Below, one piece after another: positions 38,314 to 48,361 of a stretch of 63,524 nt of DNA (within the stretch, counting starts at the first letter, position 1; each line of letters opens with the position of its first letter). The stretch is from the NCBI GenBank assembly GCA_017442085.1, contig JAFSAW010000074.1, positions 1 to 63,524 of the forward strand, read 5' to 3'. Under the pieces are notes generated by a model that made no database searches, was not told the DNA's origin, and saw only the letters and a program-made list of their open reading frames with translations. Made by a program: the position numbers and the translations under genes. The DNA is from Oscillospiraceae bacterium (GTDB lineage: Bacteria; Bacillota; Clostridia; Oscillospirales; Ruminococcaceae).

Positions 38314-39288
38314 TTATTCTTGTTCAATTACTTCTGACCATACATTACCTTCGATTTCTCTCATATCTGTAAGTTCAAAATTTTCTGATAAATATTCCGC
38401 TAAATACCTGGAAATCTTTTTTGCTCCTACATCGTTCAGATGCCCTTCGTCAGCAAAATCTGTTTTAACATCTATTCCTATTTCATTCACCTTTTCAAAT
38501 AAATCTATATATGTACACCCTCTGTCTGCAGCATATTCGGTAAGGGCTTTATTATAGTTGTTCCCATAATTGTATGGGGCTGTAAAAAGAATTAATTCTA
38601 TATTGTTTTCTTTACAGCGTTCAACTATATTGTCAAGCACCCTTTGTCCTTCTTCAACCACCGGAATCTGATGTATTATTTCAGGATCCCATATTTCAAT
38701 CTCTGTTACACCTTTTAATGGATAATACCCCATTTGAGAATACATAGTTTCCACAGCTTCTTTTGAATTAAAATTCCAGTTACTTACATCGCTCCAGTTT
38801 TCATGAAAAATATATATAGGAAAATAATAGGAAACATATTTTTTCCAGTCTTTCTGAAAACACGACTCGAGATAGTCTTTCTTTTCCGGAACACCTTTTA
38901 TTTCTCGCGTATAATAAATTTCCCCCTCAAGCTCAACATCTATAAGCGGTTCTGTTCGCACACATTCTATGAGAATTACTTTGGGAGACTGGGTTTGTAA
39001 AGAATCGTAAACAAAAAGCTCTGTTGTGTTTATATGCTGCCAGCTGCTTGCATAGTTATATGCACCTACACCCCGATGCTTATACATTTCAATAGGATCG
39101 ATACTATTCCATGCGTGACTGGATCCGTATATCATTACCTCAACTGTATTTTCCGGTAATTTTTCAAAAGCCTTTTGGGTAGCTATACAACTATTAACAT
39201 TTTTAGTACCAATAAAATTTCCCCACCATTGTACCAAAATAAAAGTAATCACACCACACAAAATTGCTGCAAACAATTTTTTACGCAT
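38314..39288 (-). CDS. SGNH-like hydrolase / acyl-transfer partner of the MBOAT protein (DltD/AlgX-like role), membrane-anchored
   Basis: N-terminal TM helix, GSSH block I-like (IYGSSHAWNS), DxxH block V-like (ADEGHLND). ATG 39288 with AGAGGT RBS, 14 nt after the MBOAT stop. Confidence 0.6.
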   Translation of the reverse strand: MRKKLFAAILCGVITFILVQWWGNFIGTKNVNSCIATQKAFEKLPENTVEVMIYGSSHAWNSIDPIEMYKHRGVGAYNYASSWQHINTTELFVYDSLQTQSPKVILIECVRTEPLIDVELEGEIYYTREIKGVPEKKDYLESCFQKDWKKYVSYYFPIYIFHENWSDVSNWNFNSKEAVETMYSQMGYYPLKGVTEIEIWDPEIIHQIPVVEEGQRVLDNIVERCKENNIELILFTAPYNYGNNYNKALTEYAADRGCTYIDLFEKVNEIGIDVKTDFADEGHLNDVGAKKISRYLAEYLSENFELTDMREIEGNVWSEVIEQE

Positions 39289-39302
39289 ATTTTTACCTCT
39301 TA

Positions 39303-40802
39303 TCAAAACTGAAAATAAATAAAGGCTGCTTTATCAACACCAACACCATATACTCCAAATGTAAGCACAGCAACAATACTGAATGATACAAATAACACCT
39401 GGAACAATCCTGATTGATTCATAATAAAATCTCTAATCTTTATACCTTTGGTTTTGCAGTAATCCGCAAAAATTATCAGTATAATAGATATTATCATAAA
39501 CCAAAAATTTTTCTCATCCAATCCACATTCATATAATGAGCCATCAAATAATACTTTTGCTGTCTCACAATTTAATATTCTTTCTATAATTTTTACTGCA
39601 GATGTAAAAGAATCTGCTCTAAAAAAAATCCATGAAAAATCTACCATTATAAATGTTATAACAGTCTGAAATAATCTGTGACTAAAATTGTTTATATTTA
39701 TTTTATATTTTTCCACAACCTTAGCTCTTAATGGTGCTGTCACTTCTTCCATTATCTGATACAGGCCATTGATTCCTCCCCAAGCTATAAAAGATATTTT
39801 TGCACCATGCCATAATCCACTTACAAGGAAAACTATCATTTTATTTATGTATTTTCTAAATTTGCCTTTTCTGCTTCCCCCCAAAGGAATATACAGATAA
39901 TCTTTGAACCATGATGTCAAAGAGATATGCCATCTGCGCCAAAAATCTGATACTGATGTGGCAAAATAAGGTGCATCAAAGTTCTCCATCAAATTTATTC
40001 CTAAAAATTTTGCTGCACCTATGGCGATGATAGAATATCCGGAAAAGTCACAATATATCTGTATAGCAAACAAAATTGTAGCTACTATAAGATATGTTCC
40101 GTCAAAGTTATAATAATTACCATATATATTATCTACAAATATGGCAATTCTATCTGCTACTACAATTTTAAGAAACCAGCCCCATAACATAAGTAAAAAG
40201 CCTTCATAAGCTTTATCAAAATCAAATCTTTTAGGTTCTGCAAGCTGACATAACAAATTTTTTGAACGTTCTATTGGGCCTGCTACAAGCTGTGGAAAGA
40301 AGGACACAAACAAAGCATATCTGAAAAAGTTTTTTTCTGCATATATATCATCTCTGTACACATCCATTGTATAACTTAATGCCTGGAAAGTATAAAATGA
40401 AATTCCTACCGGTAATACTATATCAAATGCAGGTGTATTAAGCTGTACGGAAAATACTGAAAAAATATCTTGTAAAATGCCTAATGCAAAATTTATATAT
40501 TTAAAATAAAACAATATTGCCAAATTTATTGCAAAACTCAATAATACAATAATTTTTTTACATATTACTCTGGTGTCTTCTTTCGCAAAATCATATCTTT
40601 TAACTTTTTCAATGAATATACCACTAAAGAAAGTAATTATTGTAGAAAACAAAATTAAAACAGCATATTTTGCATTCCAACACATATAAAAATAATAACT
40701 TGCTATTAACAGCCATATGTTTTTTATTTTTTTAGGTACAGCAAAATATATTATAAGTACAACTGGAAAAAAAATTAAAAACTCCAGTGAATTAAATAAC
40801 AT
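39303..40802 (-). CDS. MBOAT family O-acyltransferase (AlgI/DltB-like)
   Basis: 499-aa polytopic protein. WRRWHISL and SGLWHG signatures. Confidence 0.85.
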   Translation of the reverse strand: MLFNSLEFLIFFPVVLIIYFAVPKKIKNIWLLIASYYFYMCWNAKYAVLILFSTIITFFSGIFIEKVKRYDFAKEDTRVICKKIIVLLSFAINLAILFYFKYINFALGILQDIFSVFSVQLNTPAFDIVLPVGISFYTFQALSYTMDVYRDDIYAEKNFFRYALFVSFFPQLVAGPIERSKNLLCQLAEPKRFDFDKAYEGFLLMLWGWFLKIVVADRIAIFVDNIYGNYYNFDGTYLIVATILFAIQIYCDFSGYSIIAIGAAKFLGINLMENFDAPYFATSVSDFWRRWHISLTSWFKDYLYIPLGGSRKGKFRKYINKMIVFLVSGLWHGAKISFIAWGGINGLYQIMEEVTAPLRAKVVEKYKININNFSHRLFQTVITFIMVDFSWIFFRADSFTSAVKIIERILNCETAKVLFDGSLYECGLDEKNFWFMIISIILIIFADYCKTKGIKIRDFIMNQSGLFQVLFVSFSIVAVLTFGVYGVGVDKAAFIYFQF

Positions 40803-40863
40803 CTGTTCTCCCCCTTAATCATTATATCAACTTTGTTAAGTATACAGACAATTATAAAAAAAA

Positions 40864-42549
40864 TCAATTAAAACTACTTTCTTCTTTACCTATAACCATC
40901 TCCAGCGGCACGAATTTGTGCTGATACTGCCCTGTCACCTTATCCTGCTGTGTATAGTCTGCAAGGATAACCTGTTCTTCTCCGTTTGAATATAGAATTG
41001 CAAAACCTATTTTGCCCTGTTTTGCCTTTTCGCGCTGATTTTCAAATATACCCATATCAACATTGTTAAGTGCTATACGGATATATTTCATTCTGTCGTC
41101 GGTAATATGCAGGCAGTGATACAGCTTGCCTGTGCGGTCTGTGATAATTCTGTCGGTAGCCATTGCGTCGCGCAGCTGTGCTTTGTCCACATTTTGCAAA
41201 CTACCAAAATAATCCAGCATAACCGATGTGTAATTATCAAGTGACGGTGACTGCAGCCCGGTTTTATTGCAGTATTCCCCCATACCATAGAAAAGACTGT
41301 ACGGAGACATTTTTGTTGTGTCCAGCACATATTTCAATGTATTCGGAAAACGATTGGAATTGTAAATACGTTCTGTTGCATCTTCGGCCAGTTTAAGCTT
41401 AAGCAAATCGCTGTAACCGATATAATTATTGCTTATAACCTGATATGGTGCATAGGACCAGTATTTATAGCCGTGTTTGTCCTTTTCGGCTGCCAATGGC
41501 GAACCGTTGAGCAGTTTTAAGAATCCCAGCTGGATAACCTCGGCACCTATTTCAAAAGCAAGGTCAAAACCTTTTGCAAAACTGTCGTAATCTTCGTATG
41601 GCAGGCCTGCAATAAGGTCTATATGCAGGTGAATATTTTTCATCTGTGCAATCTCTTTAAGGTTGTGCACCAGCCGTTCTATGTTGTGACGGCGGTCAAC
41701 AGCTTTGAGTGTCTGCGTGTTAAAGGACTGCAAACCTGCCTCGAACTGGAAGAGACCTTTTGGCATTGTTTTAAGGTAATCCAGTGTTTCCTGACTGAAC
41801 AGGTCTGCTTCCACTTCGCAGTGGAAAACCACATCTTCCGGAATATTGCCCAATGTGCGTTGTGTGTAGATAAACTCAAAAATTTCCCGTGCACGTCTGT
41901 CGTTGCAGTTAAAGGTGCGGTCTACAAATTTAACCGTCTGTGTGCCGCAGTTTGCAAGTTTAATGATATTCTGCTTTGAAATATCCATATCAAAAAACCG
42001 CACATTTTCATCACGTCCCGAAAGGCAGAACGCACAGTGGAACGGACAGCCACGGCTGGTTTCCAGATAGACAATTCTGCCGTTTAAAGCAGCAAAATAT
42101 TCTTCTGAATACGGATTGAAATAATCGGTTACAGGTGCCAAAACCACCTTTTCTGCCGCTGTGAAATCGTTTTTCAGCAGATTGATAAATGCCTGTTCAC
42201 CTTCACCTTTTATAATGCAGTCAACATCACATATTTCAAGCAGATGCTCTGCATCAAAGCTTGCTTCAGGGCCGCCAAAGAAAACTTTAAGCTGCGGATT
42301 GATTTTTTTGAGACATTCGGTAATTCTTTTTACATATTCAATATTCCAGATATAGCAGGAAAAACCCACCACATCAGGATTGAGATTGTATATATCCGCA
42401 ACAATATCATCAATATGATTATTTATTGTGCTTTCGTAAACTTCCACTGTGTGTGGTGTATCCGCTGATTTTGCGGCAGAATACAGATACCACACCCCAA
42501 GAGAAGAATGTATATATTTGCTGTTTATGCTTGCCAAAACAATTTTCAT
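40864..42549 (-). CDS. B12-binding domain radical SAM protein with DUF4080-type C-terminal domain
   Basis: N-terminal MKIVLASINSKYIHSSLG (cobalamin-binding-like domain), CxxxCxxC (RGCPFHCAFC), long C-terminal extension. Confidence 0.85.
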   Translation of the reverse strand: MKIVLASINSKYIHSSLGVWYLYSAAKSADTPHTVEVYESTINNHIDDIVADIYNLNPDVVGFSCYIWNIEYVKRITECLKKINPQLKVFFGGPEASFDAEHLLEICDVDCIIKGEGEQAFINLLKNDFTAAEKVVLAPVTDYFNPYSEEYFAALNGRIVYLETSRGCPFHCAFCLSGRDENVRFFDMDISKQNIIKLANCGTQTVKFVDRTFNCNDRRAREIFEFIYTQRTLGNIPEDVVFHCEVEADLFSQETLDYLKTMPKGLFQFEAGLQSFNTQTLKAVDRRHNIERLVHNLKEIAQMKNIHLHIDLIAGLPYEDYDSFAKGFDLAFEIGAEVIQLGFLKLLNGSPLAAEKDKHGYKYWSYAPYQVISNNYIGYSDLLKLKLAEDATERIYNSNRFPNTLKYVLDTTKMSPYSLFYGMGEYCNKTGLQSPSLDNYTSVMLDYFGSLQNVDKAQLRDAMATDRIITDRTGKLYHCLHITDDRMKYIRIALNNVDMGIFENQREKAKQGKIGFAILYSNGEEQVILADYTQQDKVTGQYQHKFVPLEMVIGKEESSFN

Positions 42550-42574
42550 ATTTTACTGTCCTTTCCGGCAGAAT

Positions 42575-43054
42575 TTATATAGATATGCTTTCTTTAAATT
42601 TAATAAGTTTATTCCTTATCTCACAGATTTCATTATTGCTTACAACAACTTCATCCTTATATACAATATCATCAGTCCCCCTGTACTCTGCCAAGACAAA
42701 TCTGACAGATTTATCTGTGCATATCATAAACAGATAATATCCTGCATCTTCAAGTTCCTGCAAAGGAAGCTGAAAGCGGTAATCACCGTTTTCAAAGGCG
42801 GTTATGTACATCTGCTCTGCTATCTTCTGCGAAGACAGCTTAAACAGGCTTTCATTTTCAGGCATGGCAACAAGGGGTGAGCTGTCGCTCAGAATGCTGT
42901 TTATCTCACCGTCCACCGCCACTGTCCTGAGTTCTTTTGGATACTGAATGCCGTTTATATAAAGCTGCATAATACCATTGGTGCATCCGCAGGTGCTCCA
43001 ATCGGATACTTTTTCAAATATAAAAGCAATTTTATCCGGGTTTCCTGCAACCAT
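42575..43054 (-). CDS. Hypothetical cytoplasmic protein (159 aa)
   Basis: Strong GGAGGAG RBS. Ends 25 nt before the radical SAM start. No motif I recognise. Confidence 0.45.
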   Translation of the reverse strand: MVAGNPDKIAFIFEKVSDWSTCGCTNGIMQLYINGIQYPKELRTVAVDGEINSILSDSSPLVAMPENESLFKLSSQKIAEQMYITAFENGDYRFQLPLQELEDAGYYLFMICTDKSVRFVLAEYRGTDDIVYKDEVVVSNNEICEIRNKLIKFKESISI

Positions 43055-43116
43055 ATTGCTCCTCCGTTTATTGTACAGTTAAATTAATATGTATTATATC
43101 ATATATTTCCTCAAAC

Positions 43117-43152
43117 TTAAAAGAGTATTGCATTTTTGCCTGCAATACTCTT
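43117..43152 (-). terminator. Terminator after dut
   Basis: 12-bp stem aagagtattgca/tgcaatactctt. Short T-run on the minus strand. Confidence 0.55.
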
Positions 43153-43161
43153 TGGTTTTCA

Positions 43162-43614
43162 TTATTTGTTTGTAGAACCAAAACCGCCCATACGCTGTGC
43201 ATCGGTGTTGCCGCTGTCTGCAACAAGATAATTGATAAACATACACTGAGCAATGCGGTCGCCTGCTTTGATAACATAATCTGTTGTGCCAAAGTTGATA
43301 AGGTTTACACCCAGATTGCCGTCATTGTCAGGGTTGCCATAATAATCACATTCCACCCAGCCCTGGCTGTTTGCTATCATAACCGGCTGTTTGCCCATAG
43401 ATGAACGCACATTGATAAGCAATGCTTCATCATTGCCGAAGTATGCTTTGACATCTGTCCAGATAAGCTGTTTTTCCATTGGTTTTATCACCGCATCAAC
43501 CGGTGAATATATATCATATGCAACTGCATATCTGCTGCCCCTTGTCGGCAGTTTTATTTCAACATCAGGGTGTTTACGTTTTGCATCAGTTACAATTTCA
43601 AAGCCTCTTGCCAT
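43162..43614 (-). CDS. dut: dUTP diphosphatase
   Basis: GDRIAQ and C-terminal RMGGFGSTNK (motif V). ATG 43614 lies 2 nt after the nrdG stop, with a GGGAGA RBS inside nrdG. Confidence 0.75.
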   Translation of the reverse strand: MARGFEIVTDAKRKHPDVEIKLPTRGSRYAVAYDIYSPVDAVIKPMEKQLIWTDVKAYFGNDEALLINVRSSMGKQPVMIANSQGWVECDYYGNPDNDGNLGVNLINFGTTDYVIKAGDRIAQCMFINYLVADSGNTDAQRMGGFGSTNK

Positions 43615-43616
43615 AT

Positions 43617-44111
43617 TTATTTCTCCCATAAAACTATCTTATTTTCCTTTAAAGTTTTCTGCACATCAATTATGCGCTGGTTTGCACTGCCGCGGAATAA
43701 AAGCCGCATATCTTTCTGTGCCTCGATAAACGGACCGTCCACAAGTACATCGATGTGTTTTACTATTTCCATCTGCTTTTCGTTGAGATTTTCAAATATA
43801 TGACCTGTCCACAGCCATATTGTTTTATCTGTCTGTTCTTTTATTGCCTTTACCGTGCGCAGCAGAGTGTCGTCATACAGCTGGTCCAGCGGCTCACCGC
43901 CAAGAAAAGAAAAACCGCTTATGCTTGGATTTTTGCCAAGGTCAATAAACTTCTGCATTTCTTCATCAGTAAATTCTTTGCCGAAAGAAAAATCCTGATA
44001 CTCCTTATTGAAACAGCCCGGGCAGTTGAAGTGACAACCCGACACAAACAGTGTTGCACGGATGCCAACTCCGTTTGCCACATCGTATTTTCTTATCTGT
44101 GCATAGTTCAT
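43617..44111 (-). CDS. nrdG: Anaerobic ribonucleoside-triphosphate reductase activating protein
   Basis: GCHFNCPGCFN radical SAM cluster motif, 164 aa. Confidence 0.9.
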   Translation of the reverse strand: MNYAQIRKYDVANGVGIRATLFVSGCHFNCPGCFNKEYQDFSFGKEFTDEEMQKFIDLGKNPSISGFSFLGGEPLDQLYDDTLLRTVKAIKEQTDKTIWLWTGHIFENLNEKQMEIVKHIDVLVDGPFIEAQKDMRLLFRGSANQRIIDVQKTLKENKIVLWEK

Positions 44112-44188
44112 ATATACTGCCCCCTTGCAACTTGAATAGATGTTTAAAGTATACCATCAATATGTTATATTTTCAAACACTTTGCTGC

Positions 44189-44220
44189 AAAAAAAGATGA
44201 AAGGCAGAAATTGCCTTTCA
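44189..44220 (-). terminator. Terminator after the ABC exporter pair
   Basis: Minus strand tgaaaggca-atttc-tgcctttca followed by tcttttttt. Confidence 0.8.
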
Positions 44221-44232
44221 CCTTTGATAAAT

Positions 44233-46173
44233 TTAATCAAGTTCCAGATTTCCCGTATAAAGCTGATAGTATTTGCCGCCCTGTTCAATAAGGCTGTCGT
44301 GGTCGCCGCGTTCGATAATGCGGCCTGCCTCCAGCACCATAATTGCATTGGAGTTGCGCACTGTGGAAAGTCGGTGAGCGATAACGAATACTGTTCTGCC
44401 GTACATAAGAGAATCCATCGCTTTCTGAACTATAAGTTCGGTGCGGGTATCGATGCTTGATGTTGCTTCGTCAAGGATAAGCACAGGCGGGTTTGCAACT
44501 GCTGCACGGGCAATTGCAAGCAGCTGACGCTGACCCTGGGACAAGCTTGCACCATCCTGAGTAAGCATAGTATTGTAGCCGTCAGGCAGATGGGAGATAA
44601 AGCCGTGTGCATTTGCTATCTTTGCTGCCGCAATAACTTCTTCGTCTGTTGCCTCTAGCCTGCCATAACGGATATTTTCCATAATAGTTCCTGTAAACAG
44701 ATGTGTATCCTGCAGAACTATACCCAATGATTTGCGCAGTGAAGCCTTGCTTATCTGATTTACATTTATGCCGTCATAACGGATTTTGCCGTCCTGAATG
44801 TCGTAAAAACGGTTGATAAGGTTTGTAATTGTGGTTTTGCCTGCGCCGGTTGAGCCAACAAATGCAATCTTCTGCCCCGGTTTTGCATAAAGCGAAATGT
44901 TGTGCAGAACAATTTTTTCATCTGTGTAACCAAAATCCACATCGTCAAACACCACATTGCCTGTAACGGGAACATAATGGAATGTTTCTTCGTCTATCGG
45001 TATCTTCCACGCCCATGTGTTTGTATCCCAGTCTGCTTCTTCTATTGTGCCGTCAGCTTTTTCGATAGAACGCACAAGGGTGATATTGCCCTCGTCAAGT
45101 TCCTGTTTTTCGTCCATAATCTCAAAAATTCTGCCCGCGCCCGCCATTGCCATAACAACAGTGTTGAACTGCTGTGTAACCTGCTGTATAGGCATATTGA
45201 AGCTGCGCACAAGCTGCAGGAAGGAAGCAATTGTACCAACTGTAACTGCACCTATGCCATTTACGGCAAGAAAACCGCCTACAATGGCAATAACGCTGAA
45301 GTTGAGATGTCCCATATTGTTGGAAATAGGTCCCATTATATTGGCATAGCTGTTTGCCTTTGTCATACTGTCACAAAGTTCTTCGTTGAAACGGTCAAAT
45401 TCTTCCTTTGCCTTTTCTTCGTGAGTAAACACCTTGATAACCTTCTGGCCGTCCATCATTTCTTCTACATATCCGTTGAGTTTGCCTACATCAGCCTGCT
45501 GTTTTGCAAAGAACATACCTGACATGGAACCGACCTTGCCGCTGACCTTAAGCATAATAAACACCATAAAAAAGCTTATAAGTGTCATCTGCCAGCTTAG
45601 CATAATCATAGATACTGCAACCGAAACAATGGTAACCACACTGTTTACCAGCTGCGGCACTGTCTGGCTGGTCATCTGACGCAGGGTATCAACGTCGTTT
45701 GTATAACGGCTCATAAGTTCGCCGTGTGTATGGGTATCAAAAAACTTTACAGGCAGCTTCTGCATATGGCAGAACATATCATCGCGTATGCGTTTAAGTG
45801 TGCCCTGTGTTACATACATCATTATCATATGATATGTATATGTGGATATTATGCCCAGGCAGTAAATACCTGCCATTTTAAGCAAAGCCTGTGCAAGCCC
45901 TGACATATCAGGGTTCTGCATACCTATAAAAGGCGCAATATATGTATCTATCAGGGTTTTAAGAAACATCGTGCCCATAACCCCTGCTATTGCAGAGATG
46001 AAAATGCAGACGATAACAACCGCAAAATGCAGTTTGTAGTTTTTGAAGATAATGGAGAAAAGTCTGCCAAGGGTTGCCCTTGATTTTTTGTCCATCTTCA
46101 TTGGTTTTGCACCGCGTGGTGCGCCGCCTCTGCCGTGAGGGCCAACAGGTGGTCCATTGCGTTTTTCTGCCAT
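44233..46173 (-). CDS. ABC transporter permease/ATP-binding protein (type I exporter half-transporter)
   Basis: 6-TM domain plus Walker A GSTGAGKTT, signature LSQGQRQ, Walker B ILILDEATS. Gly/Pro/Arg-rich N-terminal extension. Confidence 0.9.
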   Translation of the reverse strand: MAEKRNGPPVGPHGRGGAPRGAKPMKMDKKSRATLGRLFSIIFKNYKLHFAVVIVCIFISAIAGVMGTMFLKTLIDTYIAPFIGMQNPDMSGLAQALLKMAGIYCLGIISTYTYHMIMMYVTQGTLKRIRDDMFCHMQKLPVKFFDTHTHGELMSRYTNDVDTLRQMTSQTVPQLVNSVVTIVSVAVSMIMLSWQMTLISFFMVFIMLKVSGKVGSMSGMFFAKQQADVGKLNGYVEEMMDGQKVIKVFTHEEKAKEEFDRFNEELCDSMTKANSYANIMGPISNNMGHLNFSVIAIVGGFLAVNGIGAVTVGTIASFLQLVRSFNMPIQQVTQQFNTVVMAMAGAGRIFEIMDEKQELDEGNITLVRSIEKADGTIEEADWDTNTWAWKIPIDEETFHYVPVTGNVVFDDVDFGYTDEKIVLHNISLYAKPGQKIAFVGSTGAGKTTITNLINRFYDIQDGKIRYDGINVNQISKASLRKSLGIVLQDTHLFTGTIMENIRYGRLEATDEEVIAAAKIANAHGFISHLPDGYNTMLTQDGASLSQGQRQLLAIARAAVANPPVLILDEATSSIDTRTELIVQKAMDSLMYGRTVFVIAHRLSTVRNSNAIMVLEAGRIIERGDHDSLIEQGGKYYQLYTGNLELD

Positions 46174-47900
46174 TATTCTTCACTTCCTTTCATCTGTGTT
46201 TCGTATACTTCTCTGTAGATTGCATTTGTTTTTACAAGTTCTTCATGACAGCCTATACCATTTATTCTGCCGTCATCAAGAACAATTATCACATCTGCAT
46301 CCTGCACCGAAGAAATGCGCTGTGCAATAATAAATTTTGTTGTATCCGGAATTTCTTCGCGGAATGCCTTGCGTATCATAGCATCGGTTGCTGTGTCAAC
46401 CGCCGATGTGGAGTCGTCAAGAATAAGTATCTTTGGTTTTTTAAGCAGTGCACGGGCTATGCAAAGGCGCTGTTTCTGACCGCCCGAAACATTTGTGCCG
46501 CCCTGCTCGATATATGTATCGTATTTATCAGGGAAAGACTGTATAAAGCTGTCTGCCTGTGCCAGTTTACAGGCGTGTATAAGTTCTTCGTCTGTTGCGT
46601 TTTCGTTGCCCCAGCGCAGATTTTCCTTGATTGTACCGCTGAAAAGCACGTTTTTCTGCAGCACCATCGCCACGCTTTCGCGCAGGGAGTCAAGGTCGTA
46701 TTCCTTTACATCTCTGCCGCCTACATACACAGTGCCCTCTGTGGCATCATAAAGGCGCGGTATAAGCTGCACCAGCGTTGTTTTGGAAGAACCCGTACCG
46801 CCGATAATGCCCACAGTCTGCCCCGCTTTTATGTCAAAGCTGACATCTTCAAGTGCAAGCTTGTTCATATCCTTTGAATAGCTGAAGGAAACGTTTTCAA
46901 ATTTAACCGAGCCGTCACAAACCTCTTTTTCAGGATTGTCACAGTTTTTAAGGTCAACTGTTTCGTCCAGAACTTCGATAATACGGTCGCCGCTTGTTTT
47001 TGCCATAGACATCATTACCACGCTCATGGATATCATCATCAGGCTGGAAAGTATCTGCTGAACATATGTAAACATACTCATAAGCTGACCTGTGCTGAGT
47101 GTGGAATCAATAACCAGCTGTGCACCAATCCAGGATATAAGCAGCATTGTAATGTACATGGAAAACTGCATAAGCGGAGATGTAAGGTTGAGCAGTTTTT
47201 CAGCTTTTATGGAATAGCTGTACAACTCGCCTGTGGCATCTTCAAATTTATCTGTCTCAAAATCTTCTCTTACAAAGGCTTTTACTGTGCGCACATTTGT
47301 CAGGTTTTCCTGTACAACACGGTTTACAATGTCATATCGTGTAAACATTTTCTGAAAGCTTGGCATGGCCTTAAGCATAATAAATATAAGGGCTGCTGCC
47401 ATAAAAGGCACCACTGCCATAAATATAAGCGAAAGCTTTAAGCTTAATGTAAAGCACATAAACAAAGCAGAAACAAGCATCATAGGCGAACGCACAAGCA
47501 TGCGGATAATCATGGAAAACGCCATCTGCACGTTGTTTACATCTGTTGTAAGACGTGTTACAAGGCTTGCTGTGGAAAATTTGTCTATATTGGCAAAAGA
47601 CAGCTCCTGCACTTTGTAAAAAAGTGCCTTACGCAGATTTTTTGAAAACCCTGCGCCTGCCTTTGCCGCATTTCTGCCCGATGCCACACCAAACAAAAGT
47701 GACATCATAGCCATAAATATCATCAGTATGCCTGTTTTTGTTATAAAAGCACTGTCGCTGTTTGGCAGGCCTATATCGATTATTTTTGCCATACACTGCG
47801 GTATAAGCACTTCCAGTACAACTTCCAGTGCAACAAACACACTGGTAAGCACGGCCGCCTTTTTATACTCCTTAACATAGGATGAAAGTTTTTTAATCAT
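46173..47900 (-). CDS. ABC transporter permease/ATP-binding protein (heterodimer partner)
   Basis: Walker A GGTGSSKTT, signature VSGGQKQ, Walker B ILILDDSTS. Start at MIKKLSS (GGGAGGGG RBS). Confidence 0.9.
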   Translation of the reverse strand: MIKKLSSYVKEYKKAAVLTSVFVALEVVLEVLIPQCMAKIIDIGLPNSDSAFITKTGILMIFMAMMSLLFGVASGRNAAKAGAGFSKNLRKALFYKVQELSFANIDKFSTASLVTRLTTDVNNVQMAFSMIIRMLVRSPMMLVSALFMCFTLSLKLSLIFMAVVPFMAAALIFIMLKAMPSFQKMFTRYDIVNRVVQENLTNVRTVKAFVREDFETDKFEDATGELYSYSIKAEKLLNLTSPLMQFSMYITMLLISWIGAQLVIDSTLSTGQLMSMFTYVQQILSSLMMISMSVVMMSMAKTSGDRIIEVLDETVDLKNCDNPEKEVCDGSVKFENVSFSYSKDMNKLALEDVSFDIKAGQTVGIIGGTGSSKTTLVQLIPRLYDATEGTVYVGGRDVKEYDLDSLRESVAMVLQKNVLFSGTIKENLRWGNENATDEELIHACKLAQADSFIQSFPDKYDTYIEQGGTNVSGGQKQRLCIARALLKKPKILILDDSTSAVDTATDAMIRKAFREEIPDTTKFIIAQRISSVQDADVIIVLDDGRINGIGCHEELVKTNAIYREVYETQMKGSEE

Positions 47901-48348
47901 CTTTATCCCCTCCCGAAACTGCTGCATTTTCCAGCACTTTATTCAATAAATATTTAAGAGTTTCTGTTTCCTGAACAGATATATTTTTTGTAAGGTTTTC
48001 TTCAAACCTGTCTATTGCATCCCGGTGCTGCTGTCCCATTTTATCTGCCTTTTCGGTAAGCAAAATCTGTTTGAGCCTTGCATCGTGCCGGGACTGACAG
48101 CGGATTATATACCCGTTTTTTTCCATAGTATCCAGAACACTGCTTACAGAAGAACGGCGGATTTTAAACTCTGCTTCAATATCACGCTGATATACAGATT
48201 TGCCTGATTTATTATTATGTTCAACAAACCCAAGTATGCGCGCCTGCAGGCCGTTAAGGTCTGCATCTTCAAAAGATGCGTCAAGTATAACTTTAAGCTG
48301 GTGAGCTGTATCAAATATACATTTGCCGATACGTTTTGAACTGTCCAT
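47893..48348 (-). CDS. MarR family transcriptional regulator
   Basis: 151-aa wHTH (IRRSSVSSVLDTMEKNGYI). First gene of the exporter cassette. Confidence 0.85.
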   Translation of the reverse strand: MDSSKRIGKCIFDTAHQLKVILDASFEDADLNGLQARILGFVEHNNKSGKSVYQRDIEAEFKIRRSSVSSVLDTMEKNGYIIRCQSRHDARLKQILLTEKADKMGQQHRDAIDRFEENLTKNISVQETETLKYLLNKVLENAAVSGGDKDD

Positions 48349-48361
48349 AAGCCCTCCTTTG

